Assembly: GCA_028534125.1 (NCBI GenBank)
Contig: CM052817.1
Coordinates: 7,380,001 to 7,444,000, forward strand
Reading direction: 5' to 3'
DNA length: 64,000 nt
DNA from: Lama glama
Taxonomy: Eukaryota
Shown here: piece by piece, positions 32,487 to 44,705 of the stretch
How the letters are laid out: every line of letters begins with the position of its first letter
Position numbering within the stretch: the first letter of the stretch is position 1
Notes under the pieces: generated by a model
What the model was told of the DNA's origin: nothing
The model's input: the letters and a program-made list of their open reading frames with translations, nothing else
Databases searched by the model: none
Made by a program: the position numbers and the translations under genes

Positions 32487-35400
32487 AGTTCTTATTACTG
32501 AAGGCTAGTAAGACTTTGGCTGAGATGAATAGGGAAAGCATATCATGAGCAGGGCCAGCTCAAAGCAAATAACAATGAGAGAGAAAGAGCAACCTTCCAG
32601 GAAGCGATCGTGGACATTACAGTCTGCAAAGGAGTTTAATACATAAAGTGGGAAGGATAGCGGCCATGATACAGAACTGAAAGCCGCCTTGCCAAAGTCG
32701 TCGATGAAAAGTACTCCCTGTTTACTTTGGAGAAAAGACGAAGAGGCAATGACCTAATGATATTTTTTTTACAAATCGAATCTGCAAGTCAGGTATGTGA
32801 AAGCGTGGGATCCTTAACCTGTTTGCTTCAGTGGTTCTGAGTTTCGGAATTTGTGAATCATTAATGTGAGACAAATGAGAGACTGATAAAGAGGTGCAAG
32901 CATTTTTTGCCATAATTTTATATGTAAATATTTACTATTATATATATACACACACACAGAGAAAACTCTGGCATGGTGTTATAAATTAAAAGTTATCTTA
33001 ATGTGAGAATGATAGCAGTTACTCATTTACCACTTGCATCTCCTTGGAATAAAAGGCAGTCCGCTAACACATTTTGCTTTATAAGAAATACTTACATTAT
33101 CTTAGCTTTTCATTATTTTAATGACCAAGGACATCTTTATCACAGCCCTGCACCGGAACTTTAATGACAGTTGGGGATACATTTATAAGTACAGAGGACA
33201 GTCATGGAAACAGGAGAATGACAGGTAAAAATAAGGCTAAATTTGACTAAAAAGAAGAAATATAAATTCTGTAAATAAGTAGTGCTTCTCTTTGGGAAGA
33301 ATGATGATCATAAAAAAAGCACTGCCTTGTCCAAATGTAGCCTCCATTTCGCTGGAAGTTTCCACCAAAGACTGTGTGAAGGAGGTGAGAGAAAAGCAAC
33401 AGTTACAAACTGCCCACCAAGTCAGACACAAGACTCAGTCTTGTGTATTTATAACCTTCACTAATGCTAAGAGAAGCTGGGGAACTTGCCCAAGGTAATG
33501 CAGCATTTATGCAGAAGACATGGCCATTTAAAACCCAGGTCTGCCTGCCTTTGCTGTTGCTTTGCCTCCCTTTGTTGAGGTCGAAATATGGCTGGGAGGT
33601 TGAACTGGAGCCTCACAAAGGTACTCAATAATAATGATTGGCTAATTAATTAATTAATCTTTAATAAATTAAAGCTACATATGGACATATTTCTTCTCAA
33701 TTAATCTGTGTTCTCCATGATAGCATATTTCTCATCTTATCAGTTTATCTATACTTACGGTTCAGTGCAGTCCCCTGAACACAGTAGATGTCCCTGTGTG
33801 CAAATGTAATTGAATCATTCTTTTATCTAAAGAATGTCGCCTAATTATCTAATTCGTTTAGGTTAAATTTCCCATGTAGACCCAAAAGGGTTTTGTTGTT
33901 GGTTTAATATGATGCTGGGAAGTTTGTCAAGTTCTCTAGTGCTAATAATTCTAATTGTATCTAAATTTTACTAAATTTCTCTGAGGTTAAAATCAAATCT
34001 CACTCCAAAAGAGGAATTAAAGAAGCTAACAAAAGGAGTTGCATCCAAATCTCCTGAGTTATCATATTCCTCCCAGCATTTAAGATGAGGAGACCTAAAA
34101 TTTTATACAAATGGAATTACTTGGAATAACCTTTGGGAAAGTACCCAAAAGGAGCCGTTCACCTTTCACCATATGATAGTGTCTTTTCACAAGATCACAT
34201 AAGACATACGGGATTATGAACTTCGGTCTTTAGGAATGAATGGCACAATTGCTGAGACTTTCCTAAATGTATATTGAAGTAGAGAATTTGTGATCTATAA
34301 ACCTCTTGTTTAATGTCCATTTGTTTTGCAATCTTGCTTATTTCTGTGCATATATTATGCAATGATGCATTCTTTGATATCCCAAGTAAGGTAAACTAAA
34401 CGTATGCATCCATCAAAGACCCAAAGTTTCTGTACCAGTAAAATCTTTACAAGGGTAAGGACACTGCCTTCTCTTACTGAAATGGTGGAGTAGTATGCCA
34501 AGAGTCTGTCCTCAGACCTGGTGTGGGTTGTAAGAATGACTTCTGTTTATTCTGTCTCCCAGACACTGCTGGTCAATGGCCTCAGGGGGCTCAAGAACCT
34601 ATTAAGGATTTCTACCTTCAGATGCCTGCTCAATTGAATCAAAATCTAGGAAAAGAACATAGAAGCATTACTTCTTGGCAGCCACTTAGATTCCAAATAG
34701 TATCGTGTAACAAATGGTACTAAGATTTTCAGTACACTTGAGGATCTAAGTCACACTTATGGATGAGGCAATGGTCAAGTCTTCATGCTCAGAGAATGTT
34801 TGAAGTGTTGGGCAGCTGTTTGATGTCAAAGCAGTAAGTAATCCAGAATACTAAGTATTTCAAAGAAGAAACACTGAAACAAGTCAGTAGCATCAAAATG
34901 AACTTGAACCCCCTAGTTGAAAGTGTCTACTGTCTGTTCTCTTTTCTAGTTCCTACCCTAAATGGGTGTTTTCCAGTGCCTTGGTTCTCTTAAGTGCATG
35001 GGCATGGGAGACTAGAGGTAGAGGGATAAATGTGCAAGTTATTTATAAGTGACTTAGTAGAAAAAAATGTGCAAGGAATCAAAATATATTCTTTTGGTTT
35101 AGATTTTGGAAGTTTTTAACCTTTTGTCCATTTAATTATGGGCTATTATAAATTAGATATATAAAGAGATCAACTGATTTACTGGTGTTGGTAGAATAAT
35201 TTGGTGCATGTAAAATGCATATAGAAATCTTTTCAAATAAAAGGGAACTCTATAGTATGTAAGTATAAAATCATGTCTTTGAGTATTTTCTAGTCTAACA
35301 TGTAAAGAACAACACAAAATGGTAACTTACAGACACATTGTATTTCAATTGATAAACTTTATAAATATGTTTATATCTGATATTTGTTAGTAAAACTCTG

Positions 35401-35764
35401 TTGAACGTTTCTTAGGTGAAATAAAGGAAATCCTTATCATTAGAGAATTGTAAGAAAATTATTCAATTTTAGTGAGATGTGGAAATAGCTACATAATATT
35501 CATAAAACAAAATTCAAAATATTATTGTTTCAAAAATGGACTCACAAAATATACAACCACAGAACATTAGAGACTGTTAGATTTTAGCTGCAAATTTGAG
35601 CTTTTACCTCTCTGTTTTGTTAAATGAGCCATAGATGATCTGAGTGAGTTTCACATCTGGTATGTTAAAACTTATTCATAATTTGCAGCCAGTAGATTTC
35701 ATGGCCAATGATAAAAGGATGTATAGATATAGAGACAGGATAAAGAGAGATATCCTAGCCAGGC

Positions 35765-36224
35765 TGTAATAGGTTGCTTACAAAATAGCTACAATGATTC
35801 CTCTTGCTGAATGCATGTCCCATCACAAAGGGCCATCTACTTCCACTCCTCTAAAACCCAGGTTAGCTTTGTGACTTGCTTTGGCAAGAAAATGCAGTGA
35901 AAGGGACAATGTGGCTCGAGGGAACCTGGGTGCATCTACTCTCTCTCTGCTTTCTCTTAGACCCTTGTCACCAACATGCGAAGAAGTCCAGGCTAAAGTG
36001 CCAGAGGATGCAGTGTCATATGGAGCAGAGATGGTGGTTCTACTGAGATGCCCCAGCAAAACTGGTAGCTGATCACAGCTACATGAGTAAGTCTAACAGA
36101 CTGGAAAAATTACCCAGCCAGGCCCAGTCCAAATTGCTAATCTGTAGAGTTGTGAATCAATCGTTGTTTTGTTAAGCCATCACTTTTAGGGGGTTTTGTT
36201 ATGCAGCGGATGCTAACAGATACT
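35765..36224 (+). mobile_element. MaLR solo LTR (MLT1F/G/H-like)
   Basis: gctttgtgacttgctttggcaagaaaatgcagtgaa...cccagtccaaattgct...ttaagccatcacttttagggggttttgttatgcagcggatgctaacagata. Confidence 0.8.
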
Positions 36225-37574
36225 CAATCTTTTTTAGCACTGATAAAAAAACATTACTGTTGGCTATAGATTGTTGACCTCCCTGCTAACATAGAAGTCT
36301 CTGTCCAGCTAAAGCCTATAAAGAGGAGCATTGCCCTTATAAGGTATCAGTGGGAACTCAGGTTGAATCCTACCTTAGTGCCACTCAAAATACAAAATAT
36401 TCTTCTTTCTGGTCACAAGTAAAGGATGATCTGCTTCAATCAGGTCAGTTCAGTGGTGGGATTAAGGAACAGAGCCAGTGATAAGGAAACATCTCTTTGT
36501 ACCTGAGGGAAAAATCACTGATGACTTATAACCATGAGATTTCTTTGAAATTAATCACCAGTCAGCCATGGTCCATCGGCCAATACCAATATGGAAGTTC
36601 AGATGAGAAGTATTCTAGTTACTCAAACCAAGCGACCATTTAGAAAGCTTGAAGTGTATTGCCAGGAGGAAAAGGGCCATAGCAAATGGCATTTGACATT
36701 TGCTTGGAGAAGTCCTTTCAACCAGCAGCACAGAGGAGACATGGAGTCCATTGAGAACAGCCTGTGACAAGAGAGTCTAGCAAAGCATTTCCAGTTGGGC
36801 CATATGTGGACCCTGTGGAAGGGAGGTAGACAGAGTGGTCTTGAAGAATCCATCCAAGAAATCAGCCTGCTGGAGTAAGGTGATGCAACAAATGGGAAGA
36901 ATGATGGGAAGCGAGAGTGTGAGAGGTAAGAGGTAAGAGGCTGAAATGAGTGATTGCCTAGACCAAGACGACTGGAATTGAGAGAAATCACATAGGCACT
37001 CCAGAAAACCACTCCCTCTCAAATAAAACACAGTGTAAAAGAAGGGAATTAGCCACGTACAAGGATCACTTGGGCCAAATTAAAACTTTAAAAGGCAAGA
37101 GAGATTTTTTTTTCTCTACCTTAACTCTCTTACCTTAATTCACTCAAATAAAGTGTTTTGGAAAGAAAATGGCAAGACATTGGCAAGAAAAGAATAAAGT
37201 GGCACTAGTTCAGCTCATGCAATAAATGAATTTTACATGTACATAAGGAGAATTTAGCTCTAATTCCCTTCAGAAGACCCAAATTTAATAATAATAATGA
37301 AATTACCTTCAGGGAAGAAATTATTTTATTTAACAAAAAAATTTGATGACCAATTATAAATCCAAATGTTAGAAGTGAAAAAAAAAATGACAAGTTTCTT
37401 CCCATACTTTGTAGTTAGTTGCTATATTATTTTTCCCATGCATGTGAAGGTATTTTGTGGCAAACTAACTCTGCTTTTTTTTCCCATTGCAACATTTGTA
37501 CACCAGGAGTGCACTGCATTTGGACCTCCCTACTTCCTGGCAATTTTTACACTTTTTGTTTCTATCCATGTATT

Positions 37575-37930
37575 GGATTAGCTACTATTCATTGTCCATC
37601 TACTGGGCAAAATCACGTGATTGGTGCTGGAGATAAAAGGCAAAAGCCACAGCGCCAACTCACACTAAAAGTTCATAACATGTTACTAAACGTAAAGCAA
37701 CAGACAAACGTGTTCAGATAATTGAGTACCCGAGATATGGAAGCACAATGGAGGGGACTTTTCTTCGCTGAATATTTAAAGATGGACAGAAACGTTTTAA
37801 GCAGAGAACCAGGCAAAGGGAGTCTTCTTAACAGAAAGAGTGTTGGATGTGAAGACATAAGGACATGAAACCACACGGTGCATTTGGGGAGTACGAGGTG
37901 TCTCCACCGGCTGCAGAGAATAGCTGGGTC
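37575..37930 (-). mobile_element. Decayed L2 fragment
   Basis: ctattcattgtccatctactgggcaaaatcacgtgattggtgctggagata...ggaagcacaatggagggg. Confidence 0.5.
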
Positions 37931-39064
37931 TAAGGTATAAATAATGAGAATAAAGAGCTAAGAGCCAAACCTTATTCTGAAGGCAGCGAGGAACCCAGCA
38001 GCGGCAAGACTGACTTTCATGTTCACAGCTTCCCAAGAAAATGTTCAGTTGAATCTCAAAGGCCTTCCCTACCCATCAGCCTCGCAGCCTTATGCTCCAT
38101 GCCCTGAAGGGTACATGGTTTGTGTAAGTCTCCCTTCTTCCCTAAGGTATGGGCTGTCGAGTTGTCACCACTGTCCATTCCTTGGAAATACGACCAGTAA
38201 TTTTACAGAAGAGAATTAAAGAAAGTAGCTATGAATTTGACAGTCATCTGCCCTTTTCCCATTCCCCTCTGTAATTTTATAACACTCTGGGGACACTTTT
38301 TTTTTTTTAAGAGAGCAGAAAATATTTAGTAGAGAAGGAGAGAAAAGAGACTAATTGAAGAGGAGATGAAAGAGACAGCAAAAAATACCAACCTAAGATT
38401 AAGATAAAAAGGAGCTAGCACTGAGAAAGGGAAGAAAAATAAGCTAGAAATGGGTGAGAGATAGTAACTGAGATTTGGCAAATAATTAGTACAACATTTG
38501 GGGCCAAATGGCTGGCAGAAAGAAAAGAATAAAGCAAGCAAGCAAAAGAAAGATTAATAAAGCAGTATAAATATAATGGTGATAAAGAACATTTTATTAC
38601 CACACATTATTAATTTATATGCATTATTTAATACTTGGCCAATGGCACATGTAGCACTTAGATGCCGACGCTGTGGCATGGTATAGCCATAACATAAATG
38701 GGAAATTGGAGAATTTATATTTTTCTTTGTATCTGCAAAGGGCAAATGAACACTGAGGTGAATAGTGTTCGTGGAGGTGCACGAGTGGTCCGCGCTGATA
38801 TGGAAAACCCCCATTTCCTTAATGCCTCCTTTACAGTTACATGCCTAGGCTTCTCAGTAAATGTTTATTGTTGGGGCTGAAGCAATGAATAGGGAGCCAC
38901 ACAAAGTAAATCAATGGGAAATATGTAAAAAGAACTCTTAATTCATGACATGCATTTGTAATCCTCGCTATACGAAGCTGTTTTCACAGGCATAAAAAGC
39001 AGTAAAATCACTTGACGGAGACTTGGTCCTGCTTCCTCATGATTCAGTACTTGAATCCAGGGTA

Positions 39065-39279
39065 GGATTTCTCAACCATGGCACTGTTGACATGTGGGGC
39101 CACATAATTCTTTGTGGAGGAGGTGTGCGGCACATTGTATGATGTTTAAACACCATTCTTCATCTCTTCCTACTGGATGTCAGTAGCATTACAACCAAAA
39201 AATATCTCCAGATATTGCAAAAATGTCCTGTGATGGGTAACATCACCCTCCCACTCCACCCCCCGTTGAAAACCAGTGG
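39065..39279 (-). mobile_element. MER20 hAT-Charlie element
   Basis: atttctcaaccatggcactgttgacatgtggggccacataattctttg...caaccaaaaaatatctccagatattgc...gttgaaaaccagtg. Confidence 0.85.
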
Positions 39280-39387
39280 CCTCATAGAAAATAGATCAAT
39301 CTGAGGCAGACAACAGATCCGGTTCCATAACTATGGTCGAGACTGGGCCAAATCATTTTTATTTCGCTTCATTCACTCACCTGCCAG

Positions 39388-39865
39388 TGACAAAGATTCT
39401 CTCATGGACCAAACTCTACTCCTACCTCCCTGAACTTATTTCAACCAGGCTTGACTTCTGGACTTTTTGTATTTCTCTCTGCATCGTCTGATTTTAGCAA
39501 GAATCCTGATTAGTCAGTTTAACCAGAATTCCCACACTCAATATCTGATCATCCTCAATATCTGATAGGAAGTTTTTCACCTCCACTCTCCAGCCGGTAA
39601 AGTCTGTTCACCCTGGCCTGCCTTCAGCAAGAGTCTTGTTAGAGGAGTTGAGCCAGAATCTTCCTTACTCCTGAGGTTTTCTCCAACTAGTTTTCCATCC
39701 ACTGATCTCCACCCTGATCCTTGGCTATAAATTCCTACTAGCACATGCTGTGTTTGGAGTTGAGCTCAACACAGGGGTCCCCATCCCTATCATGATGATC
39801 CTCCCTTAAATAAAGTCTTTCAGATTGTGCTTTAACAAGCACCACTGAATAATTTTTCTTTAACA
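39388..39865 (+). mobile_element. MER31-like ERV1 solo LTR
   Basis: Begins tgacaaagattctctcatggaccaaact; contains ttagcaagaatcctg, ttggctataaattcc and aataaagtc; ends tctttaaca. Confidence 0.85.
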
Positions 39866-40599
39866 CTTATTTCGTTTTTACTTGAGCTAGATGCACTAGG
39901 TGTAAATCTTTATAAAAAAAAGGAAGCAATGGGAAGAGGATTATCAATGCAACTCAAGCCTGGAAAGATGTTTGTCTACAGCAGTAATTGATGCAGAGAC
40001 TTTGGTGAAGACCAGGATCATGGATCAGAATCAAAATTATACCTGGAAGAACGATGGTCATTACCAAGAACAGGGAGCCTAGCATGGAGGTTGAGCAATG
40101 AGAAGCATTACTAACAGCATGGGGTCAGTAACAGAGCGAAATTGAATTCAAGGAAGGAAGAGTGGAGAGTGGACATAATTCGAGTAGAACTATGTGGCCG
40201 GAGCTGCCTGAGTCTGCAGGGCCTTGTGCCTGTTCTGAAATTCGGCGTGGCACCCTGAGTGAGATACAGATTAAAGCTCACTCATAGTGTCTCATCATAC
40301 TTGCATTTCAAGTTTCATTTCAAAAAGCATTTGTTCAACTTAAAGCACTGGCCCGGGCACTATCTCACCTCATACCATTTACTTAATATTCCCAACCTCT
40401 GGTTTCCTTATTTGCAAAAATTGAGATGAGACTTTTTGAATAATCTAATATATACAAAATGAGCTACGACAGAGCTTGAATCATAGTAGGTTCTTAATAA
40501 AGGCTACGTTATCTCCTGCTTTCTCCTTTCTTGGCAAACACAAAAGTAAATAAAACATAATACTTTCTTCCTGTAAAGAAGGGATGGGAGTTGTAGGAA

Positions 40600-40760
40600 G
40601 AAAGTGTTACTGAGTGCTTTCATATCGTATCATGTATACAAGGTCTCTTTCAGTCTTCATGCACTTCTATAAAGTAAACATTATTATCCTCTTTTAATGG
40701 ACAAGAAAAATGAGGCTGGGAGAGATAAAAGAAGTTACCTAATACCCATGTGAAAGTACT
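40600..40760 (-). mobile_element. MIR fragment (another, on +, at about 40345-40500)
   Basis: ttactgagtgcttt...cattattatcctcttttaatggacaagaaaaatgaggctgggagag. Confidence 0.55.
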
Positions 40761-43327
40761 AATTTACCTACTACTTATGTTTACTTATAAGCTACGCATT
40801 TACACATAGACAGATGACCTCAGAGACCATGCTTTTTCACCCATAGCACATCTTTACTCTCTAACATCTATTCTGGTAAAATCAAATGGTCAGTGTTACT
40901 TGTAAAGGATAAATGCACTGTAAAATATGAGATGTTATTTTTATTTCAAAGTCAGGAAGAGAAAAACAGACCTTACAGTTAGGAAAAAAAGTTGGTGTTC
41001 CAAATATACATATCTCAGAATTTTAGAGGAAATATTTGCTGTTCTGTTAACCTAAGGGAGTAGCCAAACAATTCCAAAAACATGAAATGGAGCAGGTATC
41101 AAATATTTGGAAAGCCTCCAAATTTTGCAAAGAGATTGGCAAGCATATTTAAATACAGACTCTCTTTCCAATGTTGCTAACTGAAGAATGTGGACCAGAT
41201 TTCAATGGATGAAAATATTCACAATGCTGATATTCTTTATTTTAAATATGTAGAATAATTTCTGACTCCATAATACTTCCACGAGTATCCAAACCAGCCA
41301 TTCCTTCTAATAGACAAAGCAATGACTTACCTCCTATGAGTGAGAGAAACACGCTTTCATGGACAGACAAGATAGGTTATCCTATCGGGTAATGATAAGA
41401 AAAGGAAATCTTCCTTCATCAGAGTTACTGTAACACAACATTTTTCTGAAAACTTCTAACCCAGAACAACCAAAAAGAAAAAAAGCTAATCAGTGAGCCT
41501 TTCTTCACTGAAATATTTGAGGAAGCTCATATATCATAAGCCAAATGTTTGGTCTTTTCTTCTATTGTCTTCCTAGGGAAAAAGGGAAAGTTGGATGAAT
41601 CAGAGCAGTTGCTTATAATTGTGCTACTTCAAATTACCATATCTTAGTCTTTGACATTTTATCAGTGCCAAGCATTAGAGAAAAATGGTCCTTAATAGGA
41701 TGGGATTTAAAATAAGAAGCCACAACCTTGTCATTATTACCAGCACAATGGAAAGGCTCACTAGGATCAGCCATCCAAGCTATGGAAGGGCTTGGTGTTA
41801 ATTACATCAACTTAGACAATAAGTTAGTCTTTGTGGTTCTGGTTATCTCTGCACACAGTTGGCTCTATTTTTTTGTTGTTGTATAATGTCCCATTAATCA
41901 CAGTTACATTTGTTCCCTGCCATGTGATTCATCATCCTTTCACCCTGAAAAGACTTCCATTCTCCAGGACTCAAGATAAACCACTAATTTAAAGTGGCAG
42001 TGGCCAACCTTGCCCATCACAATGGCAGAGTTTGAATGAAGAGGCACAATGGCTGACTCGAGGAGTTTCAGTCAATTCAAATTATCTCCAGTGATTGGGT
42101 TCAGGCACTGGGACAGAGATCAGGTGTGACAATTACAGGATGAACTCTTGAAATGGAGCTGAAGGTGCATTTGCCTTTGGAGCTTATCCAAGCACCATTC
42201 ATTTCAAAAAAAAAAAAAATGACAAAGTGAAGTATGTGAAGAGGAAGCAAAGTGTAGTTGGAAAAACACTGGCTAAATGTGACAAGAAATGTGTTCTACC
42301 TTGTAATTTAAAAGAAAGTAAGTGTGTGACAAACAAGTCATTTCACCCCTCTGGATCTCATTTTTTTAATTAAAAAAATAGTAAAAATCTTAGAGAAGTG
42401 ACTTTTTTTCTTTTTCTTTTCCTGAAGTATGATTCCCTGAATTTGAGAATTGGCATGGGGAGGCCAACATTTGATAAAATGTCAACAAAAGTATCATTGA
42501 AAGCATTTCAAAATGTTTCTAAAGATTAAAAATGATTATCTGGGGGATAAGTTGATTCTTTCTGTGAACTGTGGTTCTCTCCCCTTATCAAGTCTGGGAC
42601 TTCACCTTCCAGCAGGCTGAGTCCTGCAGGAAGAGGTGATGGCTCTATGCAAACCTGTGGTGTTGTCTTTTCATTGCCTGCGAATCTTAACTTTGCCAAA
42701 CAACTGCAAATCCCTCTTAACTTTCTGGTTAATTATGTTATGCGATGTAGCAGCCTAAGGAAGAAACAGCTTTGCATGCTTCCCTCCAAGGTATTTCTTA
42801 AGTTTGGATAAAAGGGTCCATTACGTAACCCAAATAGCTAACATCAAAAGGAAATTTCTAGAGACTTGGGCTATTGATGGAAATTTTGAAATTGTAGACC
42901 AATTATTACTTTACCAAATTCATGTTGTATATATGGATAATCCTTTTTATTACATCAGTTCTTACTTTTGAGATGAGGCATCCCAGAAATATTCCTTCTG
43001 AATCTGTTCCCTGTAGTGGCCGAATTCATTTGTTTATTATGTACAGGCCACCTTGTATCGTCACTGTGTTTCTTTTCACCTGTTAGTGAACCTCTTAAAG
43101 ACACGGTCTGGATAGCACATATTTGAGAAGTCAGTTCTCCATAATCCCTGGAGAGAGCTCTCAAAAAATGCCCCTGATAAATACAATGCATTGCCCAGTT
43201 AGGAAATCACTTGGCATGCCAGGTACCGCAAGTTTTCAAATTAAGAACCAATTAAGATGAATGAGAACATGGGAAACATTTAGACCAAACAATTATGAGC
43301 TGCACCACCTTTAAGAACCTATCTGGT

Positions 43328-43395
43328 GTACAGCTGTACACTGGAAATTGACACATTGTTACTGACTATACTTAAAAAAAAAAAAGAAGAAAAGA
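43328..43395 (+). mobile_element. Very short L1 3' terminus with poly-A
   Basis: gctgtacactggaaattgacacattgttactgactatactt followed by an A-run, the same terminal motif as the other young L1 tails. Confidence 0.8.
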
Positions 43396-43422
43396 AGAAG
43401 CACTCTGGACTTTCATAAAGAA

Positions 43423-43637
43423 CAGTGCTTCTCACCTACAGGCAATTCTGTGCCTCACAAGATACTTGGCAATGTCTGGAGACATTTTTTTAGTTATCCA
43501 AGTTGGGGCAATGCTCCTGGCATCTATCACATTAAGGCCAAGGATTCTGTTAAACACCCGCAATGTACAGAACAGCCTGCCGGGACAATGAATTATCTGG
43601 CTAGAAATATCCAATTGTTCCAAGATTGAAAAGCCTG
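43423..43637 (+). mobile_element. MER20 hAT-Charlie element
   Basis: cagtgcttctca...ttggcaatgtctggagacatttt...ctggcatcta...gaattatctggc...ttgaaaagcctg. Confidence 0.88.
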
Positions 43638-44107
43638 GATATAGTCAGGTAATAATTAATTAGAAAGTGTAATAGGAAAAAAAGATTGCATGAACATTAA
43701 GAATAACAACAAAAACTATAAACACAGAGAGAAATATAAGAAATGTACAGACTCATTTGTGGGAAAAAACAATACAGCTTTCCTACAGGACATATTTAGA
43801 AAAGAAAAACAGGAAAATACATATAGCTCATTCTAAGATAGAAAAACTTAATAATGTAAAAATGCGTTTTCTCCGTAAAGTAATCTGTGCAGCCAATGAG
43901 TTCCCAATCAAATTGTTTTCTGAAATACTGGAACAGCCTGGGGCAGAAGTCTGTGTGATAGCAAGACTACTATAGTAGACCAAAAATTTGTGGTACCTTA
44001 TAAAACAATGTAAACATTTAAATCTCCCTCTTTATGAGAAAGGCTAGCACTGGAGGATTCCAACTTCTGTGATATTTTAAGTCTTAGTCATTCAGAGATG
44101 TGGAAAA

Positions 44108-44130
44108 GTGTGTGTGTGTGTGTGTGTGTG
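44108..44130. repeat. (TG)n microsatellite
   Basis: Visible tandem TG repeat. Confidence 0.95.
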
Positions 44131-44134
44131 CTAT

Positions 44135-44705
44135 GAGAGGGGTGATCAAGGCTGAAGTAAAGAAAATCTAGGACACCATTGCAGTGGAATAGGTGAGTGA
44201 AGGTGATATTTGTTACAGAAATTGGTTGGTGAAGAGAAGTCTGAAGTTAAAGCTAAAAGCATCTGCTTTGTGATGGATTGTCTGTAAATGTGGGGGAGGA
44301 ATTATCCAAGAATGGTTTAAGTTTTTGACCCACACACCTTCTAAAGTTTAGATTTATTATTTACTGGGATGGGAATAACTGAGACAGAAGCAGATTTGCG
44401 TGTAGATAGAAAAGAAGAGTCAGGGGTGGAAAATGCTAAGTTTGAGATTTATATTTGGCACGGGACAGATCTCATAGACAGGTGGATAACTGAGTGTGGA
44501 ATCCACTGGGAGAGACAGGACTTGAGATAAACACTTCGGAGTCATCAGGTTAAGGCACATAAATTAATTCAATTAATGAGATAACCTAGAGTAAATCTGA
44601 AAATGAAGAATAAATCTAAGGACTAAATATTAAAGCATTCTAGTGTTTAAAGACCTGAGAAAAGAGTAAAAGATACTGAAAATGAGTGGCCAGTGAGAAA
44701 AGAGG
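44135..44705 (-). mobile_element. Decayed L2 internal fragment
   Basis: tgatggattgtctgt...tttactgggatgggaataactgagacagaagcagatttg...tgctaagtttgagat...gagtggccagtgag. Confidence 0.6.
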
